From positions 3,914-67,913 of the forward strand of contig CAZQZS010000002.1 in assembly GCA_964597895.1 (NCBI GenBank): a stretch of 64,000 bases of DNA, given 5' to 3'. The translations under genes and the position numbers were made by a program. This document shows, one piece after another, positions 18,654 through 28,253 of the stretch (positions are counted from its first letter, which is position 1; the number at the start of each line of letters is the position of its first letter). Origin of the DNA: an uncultured Candidatus Saccharibacteria bacterium. GTDB lineage: Bacteria > Patescibacteriota > Doudnabacteria > UBA920. Below the pieces are notes generated by a model that saw nothing but the letters and a program-made list of their open reading frames with translations, ran no database searches and had not been told where the DNA came from.

Positions 18654-20426
18654 TTACTTTTTGGTTTTGATGTCTAGTTTGATATGCAAATCCTTGAGCT
18701 GTTTTTCGTTTACGTCCGACGGAGCGTCCATAAGCGTGTCTATAGCAGAGCCATTCTTTGGGAAGGCGATTACTTCTCGGATATTTGGCTCGTTTTCTAA
18801 AATCATAAACAGCCGGTCTAGTCCAAAAGCACATCCGCCGTGAGGAGGTGCGCCAAATTTGAAGGCGTTTATCATCGCACCGAATTTTTGGTTGACTTCC
18901 TCTTCATCAATGCCGACAATGCCAAAAGCTTTGTACATAACTTCTGGATTATAATTGCGCACCGCACCGCTGCAAATTTCGTAACCATTCGCAACCATAT
19001 CGTACTGATCGGCTTTAATGTCCAAAGGTTCAGCATTATCAAACGCTTTTAAGCCTCCGACTGGCATTGAGAATGGGTTGTGAGAAAAATCAATTTTCTT
19101 TTCTGATTCGTTGTACTCGTATAATGGAAAATCCACAATCCAAGCCAAAGCAACTACATTTGGATCTTTGAGGTTTAGCAAATCTCCTAAAGTTGAGCGC
19201 AGGCCACCCAGAACTTTATTAACCACAGCTTTGTCGTCTGCACCAAAGAACACTGCATCACCAGTTTGGGCGTTGGTTTTAGTTTTGATAGCAGAGATTT
19301 CTGCTTCCGACATGAACTTTAAGATAGGAGACTTTGGTCCTTCTTCGGTAAATAAAATGTAGGCTAAGCCACCAGCACCATCGCGCTTAGCTTGTTCGGT
19401 GAGTTGATCAATTTGACTACGAGAAAAGCTGGCTGCTTTGTTAGCGTTAATAGCTTTGATCACGCCACCGTTTTTGATGGCTGTAGCGAATACGCTAAAT
19501 TCAGTACTCTTAAAGTCGTCAGTTAAATCCACCATCTCCATACCAAATCGTAAATCTGGTTTGTCACTGCCATATTTGTCCATGGCTTCGTTGTAGGGAA
19601 TGCGTGGGGCAGGTGATTGCAAAACCTTCTTGCCTGCAAAGTCTTCTACTAAAGAAGTAATTAGAGGTTCAATTTCTTCTAATACTTGTGTTCCGCTATC
19701 AACAAAAGCCATTTCCAAGTCGAGTTGATAAAACTCGCCAGGATGGCGGTCAGCGCGCGGGTCTTCATCACGGAAACAAGGTGCAATCTGGAAATACTTT
19801 GGTAAGCCACCGACCATTAACAATTGTTTAAATTGTTGAGGGGCTTGTGGTAGAGCATAAAACTTTCCTGGATGGAGGCGAGAGGGCACTAAATAATCGC
19901 GAGCACCTTCTGGGCTAGATGAAGTAAGAATCGGAGTTGTGACCTCGGTGAAGTCACGGCCGTGCATGTATTCGCGAATCTTGGTATTGAATTGGTCTCG
20001 GCGACGCAATCGTGATTGCATTTTAGGTCGGCGCAAATCTAAGAAACGATATTTTAAGCGGAGTTCTTCGTTGACTTCTTCGGTGCCGAAAGACACAGGG
20101 AAGGGGAGCACTTCGGACTTGTTTAGGATTTCTAAATCGCTAACTACAATTTCGATTTGCCCAGTCGGCAGGTTTGGATTAACTAAATCTTTGCTTCGCT
20201 CAGCAACTTTACCAGCTGCTTTGATAACGAATTCATCTCTAACTGAACCTGCGATTTCAAAAGCTTCTTTTTGTTCAGGATGAATAGTTAATTGCACTAT
20301 TCCAGTGTGGTCGCGAAGGTCAATAAAAATTAAACCGCCGTGGTCACGGCTGTTGTTGACCCAGCCGGCGAGAGTGACTTCGTGTCCGACTAAGTTGAGA
20401 GTTTCTGAGGTTAGTATTCGTTCCAT
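18654..20426 (-). CDS. aspS: aspartyl-tRNA synthetase
   Basis: N-terminal OB anticodon-binding domain, class II motifs, insertion domain, 590 aa from 'MERILTSE'. Confidence 0.85.
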   Translation of the reverse strand: MERILTSETLNLVGHEVTLAGWVNNSRDHGGLIFIDLRDHTGIVQLTIHPEQKEAFEIAGSVRDEFVIKAAGKVAERSKDLVNPNLPTGQIEIVVSDLEILNKSEVLPFPVSFGTEEVNEELRLKYRFLDLRRPKMQSRLRRRDQFNTKIREYMHGRDFTEVTTPILTSSSPEGARDYLVPSRLHPGKFYALPQAPQQFKQLLMVGGLPKYFQIAPCFRDEDPRADRHPGEFYQLDLEMAFVDSGTQVLEEIEPLITSLVEDFAGKKVLQSPAPRIPYNEAMDKYGSDKPDLRFGMEMVDLTDDFKSTEFSVFATAIKNGGVIKAINANKAASFSRSQIDQLTEQAKRDGAGGLAYILFTEEGPKSPILKFMSEAEISAIKTKTNAQTGDAVFFGADDKAVVNKVLGGLRSTLGDLLNLKDPNVVALAWIVDFPLYEYNESEKKIDFSHNPFSMPVGGLKAFDNAEPLDIKADQYDMVANGYEICSGAVRNYNPEVMYKAFGIVGIDEEEVNQKFGAMINAFKFGAPPHGGCAFGLDRLFMILENEPNIREVIAFPKNGSAIDTLMDAPSDVNEKQLKDLHIKLDIKTKK

Positions 20427-20436
20427 AATCTGATAA

Positions 20437-20468
20437 ATTATACCAAAATTAAGCAGGTTTTGGCAAAA
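20437..20468 (-). promoter_or_regulatory. aspS promoter TTGCCA-N18-TGgTATAAT
   Basis: Read on the minus strand immediately upstream of the aspS ATG; very short leader. Confidence 0.45.
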
Positions 20469-20508
20469 GAAAAAAGCCGCAACCCCTGATGGAGAAGAGT
20501 TGCGGCTT
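20464..20508 (-). terminator. minus-strand terminator ending an upstream transcript
   Basis: 'aagccgcaac...gttgcggctt' hairpin followed (minus strand) by TTTTTTCTTTT. Confidence 0.5.
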
Positions 20509-20785
20509 CGGGCGGCAGACACATCGGTGGCTACCTATCGAGATACAGGGATTGGGTTATGATCCCGTCCTGCACCTCTTCAAGCGGTGTCACCAGGGCA
20601 CTAACGTTAGCGGCAAATAACGATGTGCGCCGTTGTTTTTGCGGCCGCTTGATTTTAATCCCCCTCAAAGTTCTAATATTACTTGCCATATTAGCAATAT
20701 TGCAGATTTATGTCAAAAGAAAAGAGAGCAGTTTTTTAGACTGCTCTCGGGTGCGACTCCGGGTCGCTACTTGGAGGAAACAAGT

Positions 20786-20866
20786 ATGATTGCTAAGGGG
20801 CGATTGCTCGCCCCGCCGATCAGTTTTTTGATCATTATTTCGCCGCCGGGGCGGCTAGTTGGGTGA
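20786..20866 (+). CDS. candidate 26-aa hydrophobic peptide (toxin-like/leader peptide), speculative
   Basis: GGAGG 8 nt upstream; 'MIAKGRLLAPPISFLIIISPPGRLVG'; an SD-sequestering hairpin 'gcgac tccgg gtcgc' lies just upstream and several hairpins plus a T-run lie downstream. Confidence 0.2.
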   Translation: MIAKGRLLAPPISFLIIISPPGRLVG

Positions 20867-21456
20867 TGGGTACATGATGATCTCTCCTTTGTGCGACGTG
20901 ATTGTCGCACTATTTTGGCGCCGAAGCCGATTAGGCTTCGGTCGAGCCGGTCGACGATCTTTTTTTTACATTCCCTGTCTCTGTGTCGTTGCCGGCGGAC
21001 CATGAATACGGTGTTTCATTCCAAAAGTCCTCCTGTGAAGTGTCTTTAGATGGGTGAGCCCTAGGGACCCACCCTCCTATATGAACGATTATTAGTCGCC
21101 CATTTTCACCCTAGTCATTTCTGAAAAGGGTATTTACGAATCGCGAATCGGGGGGCACTGCTTGTTGCTCCGCGAACTCCGCGACGCCATCGACCAACAA
21201 GTCTTGGCGTATTATCGTTAGGATGGGCTTTGCGGCCCGTCTTTGAATCAGACAGGATCTATATCAGGCGGCAAAGCCACCAGCTATCCATAACGAATTC
21301 GTAAAAATATATTACCATTTATTGTCACGTTTGTCAACCCATAAAAATTAAACCAGAAAAAACCTACCATAATTAAGCGATATTTTGGTTATCAGCTTCA
21401 AAGTCTGATATACTTAAAGCAAAGAAAGTTCAGTAAAAAGAAACCAAAATCAAAAA

Positions 21457-22035
21457 ATGCTCAAAAAGATAGTTTTAGATTTGGAAACTCAAAAATCTTT
21501 TGATGATGTCGGTGGTCGGGGCAAAAATCATTTGCTCAAAGTTTCAGTTTGCGGGATTTATGACTATTCCCGTGATATTTATGAAATTTATGAAGAGCAT
21601 GAATTGCCGCGTTTAGCACCGCTGCTGCAATCAGCTGATCAAATTATTGGATTTAATATCAAGCAATTTGATTTTGAAGTACTGCAGCCGTATTTAAACT
21701 TCTCACTCCAGCAAATCCCCGCCTACGACATTCTGGAGGAAATTGAAAAAGTAGTCGGTCATAAAATTCGCTTAGAAGCAGTTGCTCAGGCAACTTTAGG
21801 CACAGGCAAGTCTGGCAATGGCTTAGAGGCCTTACTCTATTATAAGAACGGGAAGATGGAACAATTAAAGCGCTATTGTTTAGATGATGTCCGGGTTACT
21901 AAAGGCGTATATGAACACGCTTTAAAAAATAACAAACTCTTGTATCGTGACTATTTTGCGATCAAAGAAATCCCAGTAGCATGCGCAGAGCCGCAGAGCC
22001 GCATCGGAGTCTATACACAGGCAGTATTGTTTTAA
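21457..22035 (+). CDS. stand-alone DEDDy-type 3'-5' exonuclease (RNase H-like fold)
   Basis: Exo I 'VLDLETQ', Exo II 'GFNIKQFDFEVL', Exo III 'YCLDDV'. Confidence 0.5.
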   Translation: MLKKIVLDLETQKSFDDVGGRGKNHLLKVSVCGIYDYSRDIYEIYEEHELPRLAPLLQSADQIIGFNIKQFDFEVLQPYLNFSLQQIPAYDILEEIEKVVGHKIRLEAVAQATLGTGKSGNGLEALLYYKNGKMEQLKRYCLDDVRVTKGVYEHALKNNKLLYRDYFAIKEIPVACAEPQSRIGVYTQAVLF

Positions 22036-22049
22036 AATCTCATCAGAAC

Positions 22050-22928
22050 ATGACCCAATCCAAAATAGTTTTTGCATTACTCGGCGGGGTCTTGTTATTG
22101 ATTTGGCTTTTTGGTTCTGTGTTTCCTGGCCAGTTTGTGTTCTCGCAGAGCTTTGAAATTTTCGGTTTGTCTATTAGGTGGTATGGTTTGATTTTAGCGG
22201 CGGCAGTGGTCGCTGCCTATTTTTGGGCCAAAAAAACCGCAGCTGTTCATGAAGCAACAGAGGCAGAGCTGGAAAGTTTGGCGATCTATGTTTTGGTGGC
22301 AGGATTTATAGGAGCGCGGCTGTACCATGTGGTTTCGGAGCTGCCTTATTACTTGGCCAATCCTATTGAAGTAGTCTATGTGTGGCAGGGCGGTTTGGGA
22401 ATATTCGGAGCCGTACTTGGCGGGCTATTAGGTTTGTGGCTATTTTGGCTTAAGCACAAGCGGTCATCAAGCTTTGGAAACCTTTTGGACTGGCTAACAC
22501 CGAGTCTGGTAATCGGTCAAATTATCGGCCGCTTTGGAAATCTGGTGAATTATGAAGCCTATGGTCAGCCAACAGATTTGCCGTGGAAGATGTTTGTCCC
22601 TCAAACCTTTCGACTGCCTGGTTGGCAAGAATTTAATTACTTTCACCCGCTGTTTGTATACGAAGCTTTGGGGAGTTTACTGATTTTGTTAGTTTTGATA
22701 AACTTGCCAAAGCTTACAAAGCGAATCGGTTTTATCCAATATTCAGGACAAACTTTTGTATGGTGGCTGATATTGTATGGAATCCTGCGCCTGCTGACAG
22801 AATCTCTGCGTCTAGATAGTAATTTAGTTTTTGGTGTTAAGCATAACCTCTTGGTTGCCGGCGCAATGCTGGCAGTGGGCTTAGGCGCCATGATTTATTA
22901 CAAGATTAATAATCAACATGAATCCTAA
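22050..22928 (+). CDS. lgt: prolipoprotein diacylglyceryl transferase
   Basis: Lgt signature 'GQIIGRFGNLVNYEAYGQPTDLPWKMFVP', multiple TM helices. Confidence 0.8.
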   Translation: MTQSKIVFALLGGVLLLIWLFGSVFPGQFVFSQSFEIFGLSIRWYGLILAAAVVAAYFWAKKTAAVHEATEAELESLAIYVLVAGFIGARLYHVVSELPYYLANPIEVVYVWQGGLGIFGAVLGGLLGLWLFWLKHKRSSSFGNLLDWLTPSLVIGQIIGRFGNLVNYEAYGQPTDLPWKMFVPQTFRLPGWQEFNYFHPLFVYEALGSLLILLVLINLPKLTKRIGFIQYSGQTFVWWLILYGILRLLTESLRLDSNLVFGVKHNLLVAGAMLAVGLGAMIYYKINNQHES

Positions 22929-23664
22929 TCGGCACAAATTTTTTAGTCTAATTTTTGCGGCAGCGTTTGCAGCGCTGATCTATTTTTTGACTAGCGGTGA
23001 TTTGGTCTTTCGGTATTTAGTCCCTGCTTTCTTGCTGTATTTATTCGGTTTGGCTGTCTACAACTGGCGTTATCTGTTGAGCCAAGGTCAGTATAATCTC
23101 TGGTTGCTGGTAAGGGTACCACTCTTTATTTTTATTTGGTTCGGTTTATTGTTTATTATCCCTCTGGGCCTTGTGAGAGCAATTTTTGTATTCATTAGTG
23201 TTCCGCTAATTTTTATTTTTGAAACTTTGGTTGCTAACAAGGGGCAACAACTTGGCTGGAACTTATTTTTAGTTTCTTTGGCAAGCTTAATGCTCGGCTT
23301 GTACGGCTTCCACTTTTATTTTCCTTTGTCGGGGTTGGTCTATCTGGCTTTGGTTTTTCTTGGTGTGACAGTATTGGTTAGAACTTCGGTAGACTCTGTA
23401 CCCCATGAATCAAGTGTAAAATGGTTTGCATCGCTAGTGCTGGGTTTGTTCTCTGCGCAGATTTTTTGGATATTGCAATTCTTACCGCTCCACTTTTCGG
23501 TCTTAGCAATTTTAAGTTTCATTATCCTGTATTTATTGTGGGCAATATACTATCATTATTTATATCAGAGCCTTACCCGCCGGCAGATTCAGTTCAACTT
23601 ATTATTAGTGATTATTTTATCAGTAATTATTTTAATATCTTCACCTTGGACAATTCAAAGTTAA
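22918..23664 (+). CDS. hypothetical polytopic membrane protein
   Basis: Seven hydrophobic helices; overlaps the lgt stop, suggesting an operon. Confidence 0.5.
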   Translation: MNPNRHKFFSLIFAAAFAALIYFLTSGDLVFRYLVPAFLLYLFGLAVYNWRYLLSQGQYNLWLLVRVPLFIFIWFGLLFIIPLGLVRAIFVFISVPLIFIFETLVANKGQQLGWNLFLVSLASLMLGLYGFHFYFPLSGLVYLALVFLGVTVLVRTSVDSVPHESSVKWFASLVLGLFSAQIFWILQFLPLHFSVLAILSFIILYLLWAIYYHYLYQSLTRRQIQFNLLLVIILSVIILISSPWTIQS

Positions 23665-23676
23665 GAATTTTCGTAT

Positions 23677-24735
23677 ATGAATAAAAGGCAAATTGCATTG
23701 TTAGTTTTAGTTATCTTGGTGGTCGTATTAGCAGTTGACCTGTTAGTAGGGAATTACATCTCTGCCCGGTTGGCTACAACTTCTTGGGCGCGTAAATGGG
23801 GATTATTTAACACCCAAGCACCAATCGTAGTGACTAATCGGGAAACGGTCCGGGTTAACACTAATAATGATTTAGTAGAGACAGCAGAAAATGCTAAGAC
23901 CCGTACAGCAGTTACCGTCCGCGTGCAAAATGGGCAAGTTGAGACAGTAGGTGGCGCCGTCAATTGGACTAGTGATGGTTATTTCATATCGGCTCAGGTG
24001 CCAGGAGTGGAGCCTGAGGAGATTTCTGGAGTACTCACTAATAACGGCGAGCTGTTTCCTGTTGAATCAACTTGGACTGATCCGGCTACTGGCTTAGTTA
24101 TCATCAAAACTGCGGCTCGTGATTTGATTGTGTTTTCGCCAGCTGAAGCCCGCGATATTAGAGTTGGTCAGCAGGTGGTAATGATTCAAAATTCCTTAAG
24201 CGCAAATCAGACTAAGTTTTTCACAGGATACGTGTCTAAGCTTGCGGACGATGTAGCTGGTCAGACGCTTGAAAGCGATTTTGTAGCGCGCCGCTTAACA
24301 TTATCAATGGGTGCCGCAGCAGAACCAGGTAGTGCGGTTCTTAATCTGTCTGGTAGAATGGTGGGAATTTGGACTGGTTTGGATGTAATCATGGCCGATG
24401 ATGTTCGTGATATGATGGATAATTATTTGACCAATAACCGCCAGGTAGTACGCCCAAGTGTTGGATTTAGTTATCAGCAGCTCAGCGAAGCGCAAGCTAA
24501 GGCTTTGCAAACCCAGGTTGGAGTTAGGATTATGGGCGTGGCTAACAATTCACCAGCTAGCAAGGCTGGCCTCAGGGGCGGAGACATTATCATAGAGACT
24601 GATGGACAGGGGATAGATTCCGACTTTGATATTGACAACTGGCTCAGAGAAAAAAAGCCAGGTCAGACCATCAGCTTGTCAGTACAGCGCGGCACTAACA
24701 TACTCAACCTTTTGGTTACAATTGAACAGCTTTAA
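23677..24735 (+). CDS. HtrA/DegP-like protein with C-terminal PDZ domain; protease triad apparently degenerate
   Basis: N-terminal TM; PDZ 'VGVRIMGVANNSPASKAGLRGGDIIIETDGQ'; the position of the catalytic 'GNSGGPL' reads 'GSAVLNLSGRMVGIW' (no Ser). Confidence 0.55.
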   Translation: MNKRQIALLVLVILVVVLAVDLLVGNYISARLATTSWARKWGLFNTQAPIVVTNRETVRVNTNNDLVETAENAKTRTAVTVRVQNGQVETVGGAVNWTSDGYFISAQVPGVEPEEISGVLTNNGELFPVESTWTDPATGLVIIKTAARDLIVFSPAEARDIRVGQQVVMIQNSLSANQTKFFTGYVSKLADDVAGQTLESDFVARRLTLSMGAAAEPGSAVLNLSGRMVGIWTGLDVIMADDVRDMMDNYLTNNRQVVRPSVGFSYQQLSEAQAKALQTQVGVRIMGVANNSPASKAGLRGGDIIIETDGQGIDSDFDIDNWLREKKPGQTISLSVQRGTNILNLLVTIEQL

Positions 24736-24737
24736 AG

Positions 24738-24770
24738 AAAAACCCCGACTAATATCGGGGTTTTTAGTTT
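24738..24770. terminator. bidirectional terminator
   Basis: 'aaaaccccgactaatatcggggttttt'. Confidence 0.6.
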
Positions 24771-24773
24771 GAA

Positions 24774-25373
24774 TTAAATTTCGCGGCGGCCTTCTAATGC
24801 GCGCGACAATGTAACTTCGTCTGCGTATTCCAAATCACCGCCCATTGGTAAGCCGCGGGCGATGCGGGAAATTTTTACAGGTGAATCTTTCAGCAGCTTG
24901 GCAATATGCATGGCTGTGGTTTCGCCTTCTAGGGTGGGGTTTGTGGCAATAATTATTTCTTCCGCGCCTAGCAGGGTTATTCGTTCAATCAGAGAGCTGA
25001 TGTTGAGCTGATCGGCAGTGATTCCTTCCATAGGATTAAGAACGCCGCCCAAGACATGGAACAAGCCGTTGTAGCTACCGGTTTTGTCTAAGGCAATAGC
25101 ATCAAGCGGCTCTTCTACTACACAGATTAATTTTTGGTTGCGCGATTTATCGGCGCACACGCTGCAGGGATCAGTTTCCGCCATGTTATGACATTGTTTA
25201 CAGAAGGTAATGTCGTTGCGAACCTCACGTACGCTGTCAGATAAAAGCATGAGTTCGACATTATCTTTTTTGAGTAAATAAAAAGCTAGGCGTTGAGCGC
25301 TTTTTGGCCCAATGCCTGGCAGTTTGGAAAATTCGTTTATTAATCTCTGAAGAGAGGAGGGGAGTTTGAGCAT
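24774..25373 (-). CDS. recR: recombination protein RecR
   Basis: HhH N-terminus, 'CKQCHNMAETDPCSVC' zinc finger, Toprim domain. Confidence 0.85.
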   Translation of the reverse strand: MLKLPSSLQRLINEFSKLPGIGPKSAQRLAFYLLKKDNVELMLLSDSVREVRNDITFCKQCHNMAETDPCSVCADKSRNQKLICVVEEPLDAIALDKTGSYNGLFHVLGGVLNPMEGITADQLNISSLIERITLLGAEEIIIATNPTLEGETTAMHIAKLLKDSPVKISRIARGLPMGGDLEYADEVTLSRALEGRREI

Positions 25374-25390
25374 GTTCTAAATTCTGTTGT

Positions 25391-26785
25391 CTAGTTAGGT
25401 GGTTCGTTTTCATCAAAGCCTTGTAAAGTTTGCATCACAGTCTCTGGGCTAGTATCAAAGCTTTTATCAAGATTCCGGAAAGAGGTGCGCTCGGCATCAA
25501 AGAACAGATCTACTTGGCCAGTTGGGCCGTTGCGGTGCTTTTTGATATGCAACTCAGCAATGTTTGGCCGGCTGGACTCCTTGCCTTTATACATATCTTC
25601 GCGGTAGATAAACATGACCACGTCGGCATCTTGTTCAATGGAACCTGATTCGCGCAAGTCAGCCAGTTGCGGAACTTTGTCGGGGCGGTTTTCTACGCCG
25701 CGGGACAGCTGGGAAAGAGCCAGAACCGGCACGTTGAGTTCGCGGGCCAGGATTTTGAGAGAACGGGAGATTTCTGAAACTTCTTGAACGCGGTTTTCGG
25801 TACTGCGTCCAGCCATCAGCTGCAAATAGTCCACGATAATCAGGCCAAGCTTGTGTTCCATTTGCAAGCGACGTGCTTTAGTACGGATTTCCATAATGTT
25901 ACCTCCAGCAGTATCATCAATGAAAATCGGAGCTTCGCTTAATGCGCCCATGGCGTCACTTAATGCGCTAAAGTCATCATCGTTAAGCTGGCCGGTGCGG
26001 ATTTTCCAAAAGTCTACGTTGCTTTCCGCAGCGAGAAGGCGATCCACTAATTGATCTTTGCTCATTTCTAGTGAAAAGATGCCGACTGGAGTTTTAGTAT
26101 GCACAGCAACATAGCGCATAATGTCTAGTGCTAAAGAGGTTTTACCCATAGACGGACGGGCAGCTAAAATAACCAAGTCAGACTTTTGCAAGCCGCCCAG
26201 TTTTTTATCTAAATCCACAAAGCCAGTCGGGAGGCCGCGTAGCTTGCCACTGGATCTATGAAGTTCATCAATGCGGTCAAAACTTTCGCTGAGCACGCTG
26301 CTGATAGATACGAAATTTTGCTGCAGGTGCTGCTGGGAAATATTGAATAAGCTTTGTTCGGCCTTATCTAGGATATCTTCAATCTCACCTTCTTCTTCAA
26401 AAGCCAAGTTGGTAATTTGAGAGGCAGAGCTGATAAGGCGGCGCAGCGTACCTTTTTTGCGGACAATGCTGGCGTAGTAGGCAGCATTAGCTGCAGAGGG
26501 GACAGAGTTGACTAAGCTGGCCAAATAGCTGGCCCCGCCAACGCGTTCTATATCTTTTTTTTCTTCTAATAAATTGGAAACAGTTAAGACATCTATAGAG
26601 GTATTTTTCTCAAACAATTGCACAATCGCTTCATAAATTAGCCGATGGCGTAAATCGTAATAATCATCGCTGATAATTTTATCAGCAACTTTGATTACAG
26701 CATCTTTGTCTAGCATGAGACAGCCCAGCAGGGCAGTCTCTGCTTCCAGGTTTTGCGGCGGAAGCCGGTCCAGCGAATTGGCCAT
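25391..26785 (-). CDS. dnaB: replicative DNA helicase DnaB
   Basis: N-terminal DnaB domain, Walker A 'GARPSMGKTSLAL', RecA-like C-terminal domain. Confidence 0.85.
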   Translation of the reverse strand: MANSLDRLPPQNLEAETALLGCLMLDKDAVIKVADKIISDDYYDLRHRLIYEAIVQLFEKNTSIDVLTVSNLLEEKKDIERVGGASYLASLVNSVPSAANAAYYASIVRKKGTLRRLISSASQITNLAFEEEGEIEDILDKAEQSLFNISQQHLQQNFVSISSVLSESFDRIDELHRSSGKLRGLPTGFVDLDKKLGGLQKSDLVILAARPSMGKTSLALDIMRYVAVHTKTPVGIFSLEMSKDQLVDRLLAAESNVDFWKIRTGQLNDDDFSALSDAMGALSEAPIFIDDTAGGNIMEIRTKARRLQMEHKLGLIIVDYLQLMAGRSTENRVQEVSEISRSLKILARELNVPVLALSQLSRGVENRPDKVPQLADLRESGSIEQDADVVMFIYREDMYKGKESSRPNIAELHIKKHRNGPTGQVDLFFDAERTSFRNLDKSFDTSPETVMQTLQGFDENEPPN

Positions 26786-26839
26786 TTTGGTATTTAACTA
26801 CAGTTAGGTTTTTGTATTGTAGCAGAAAAGAAATAACTC

Positions 26840-26870
26840 CTCTATTGACGAGGAGTTATGACTGTGACGT
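26840..26870 (-). terminator. terminator downstream of cysS (minus strand)
   Basis: 'ataactcctc tattgac gaggagttat' hairpin with T-rich tail on the minus strand. Confidence 0.45.
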
Positions 26871-26891
26871 AGTTTGTGACTTATTTGTGGC

Positions 26892-28226
26892 TTATTTGTG
26901 GGTAACTTTTTGACCATCGGGCGTATCTAGGACAATAAAGCCCAGTTTTGCGATTTGGTCGCGGAGCTGGTCGGATTTAGCGAAGTCTTTATTCTCGCGC
27001 GCAGTTTGTCGCTCGCTGAGCAATTCTTGGACATTTTTAGGGATTTCTACCTTCGGCTGTTCTACCTCTAATCCTAGGCCGAGTAAGTTGTTTAAAGCAG
27101 GTAAATCATCTTTGTGGGTGTGGGCCAAAGCCAGGGTTTCCGCGGTGTTTAGATTGTTATTAATAGCTCCTAAAAGTTCCTGATTAATCTGAGAATCTGA
27201 TTCACTGTAGCCGGTGCGCAGTTTGTTACGGCCAGTCTGGGCGGCTTCTAGAGCCTCCCAAGTAAAATTTGTCTGCTGCCTAAAATTGCTTTGCAAAAAG
27301 AAGTATCGTAAATCTAAACCAGAAAATCCTTTGGCAGCTAAGTCGTTAAGTCGGTAATCATTTTTTAGGCTCTTGGACATTTTTTTGCCATCAACAAGCA
27401 AGTGTTCAAAGTGAACCCAGCTTTTTACAAAGGGTTTGTAGATTGGCTGGCTTTGAGCAATCTCGTTGGTGTGATGAGGGAAGATAAGATCTACGCCGCC
27501 GGTGTGAATATCGGTAGGCTGTCCGTTAAATGCTAGGCGATTGATGGCGCTGCATTCAACATGCCAACCAGGACGGCCTTTGCCTAGCAAGGGATGTTCC
27601 CAAAAAATCTGGGCGTCATGATCATCCCAGGCCTTCCATAAAGCAAAATCGCTGAGGTTGTCTTTATCGTATTCATCATTTTTGATCCGCGCGCCAACTT
27701 TTTTACCTTCTAAAAATTTTTTTCCAACCAGTTCGCCGTAATCGCCAAACTGCTCTTGGTACTTTTCAATACTAAAGTAAACACTGCCATCGTCGGCTTT
27801 ATAAGCAAAATTCTTTTCCAGTAAATCTAAAATCAGTAGTTGAACTTCCTCTATTACATCGGTGACATTAATGAATTTAATCGTTTCTGTGTTGATCCCG
27901 ACTGCACGCAGATCATCAAAAAACTTTTCTGCGTAACGCTGGGTATAGGTTTTAAGCTGAGCAAGCCCTGCGTCGTTTCCGTATTCGCTGATTGTTCCCT
28001 TAATCGTTTTGTCGTCTATGTCGGTGAGGTTCATCACCCAATTGACTTGGGCACCATTGGCTTCCAATGTTCTTCGCAAGATATCCGCCATCACAAAACT
28101 GCGCAAGTTGCCGATATGAGCAAACTCGTAAACAGTGGGTCCGCAGGAATACATATTAACCGTTTGGCCAGGTTGAATTGAGAGCTGTTCTTCTTGTTTA
28201 AGGAGAGTGTTGTAGATTTTCAACAT
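26892..28226 (-). CDS. cysS: cysteinyl-tRNA synthetase
   Basis: 'CGPTVYEFAHIGN' (HIGH) and 'KMSKS'. Confidence 0.85.
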   Translation of the reverse strand: MLKIYNTLLKQEEQLSIQPGQTVNMYSCGPTVYEFAHIGNLRSFVMADILRRTLEANGAQVNWVMNLTDIDDKTIKGTISEYGNDAGLAQLKTYTQRYAEKFFDDLRAVGINTETIKFINVTDVIEEVQLLILDLLEKNFAYKADDGSVYFSIEKYQEQFGDYGELVGKKFLEGKKVGARIKNDEYDKDNLSDFALWKAWDDHDAQIFWEHPLLGKGRPGWHVECSAINRLAFNGQPTDIHTGGVDLIFPHHTNEIAQSQPIYKPFVKSWVHFEHLLVDGKKMSKSLKNDYRLNDLAAKGFSGLDLRYFFLQSNFRQQTNFTWEALEAAQTGRNKLRTGYSESDSQINQELLGAINNNLNTAETLALAHTHKDDLPALNNLLGLGLEVEQPKVEIPKNVQELLSERQTARENKDFAKSDQLRDQIAKLGFIVLDTPDGQKVTHK

Positions 28227-28253
28227 AGAGCCATTGTAACAAAAAAAGCCGCG

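Noticed and set aside
18840-20283. Plus-strand ORFs 18840..19052, 19111..19362 and 19939..20283 opposite aspS
   Set aside because: They are antisense to a highly conserved synthetase gene and have no SDs.
20527-21456. tmRNA (ssrA) in the structured noncoding tract
   Set aside because: I looked on both strands for the 5' GGGG...TTCGACG motif, a tag reading frame ending in hydrophobic residues plus stop, and a 3' tRNA-like T-arm/CCA. None was found.
26860-26890. Tandem 'cttatttgtgg' ×2 upstream of the cysS terminator
   Set aside because: With only two 11-nt units it is too short to call a repeat array or CRISPR.
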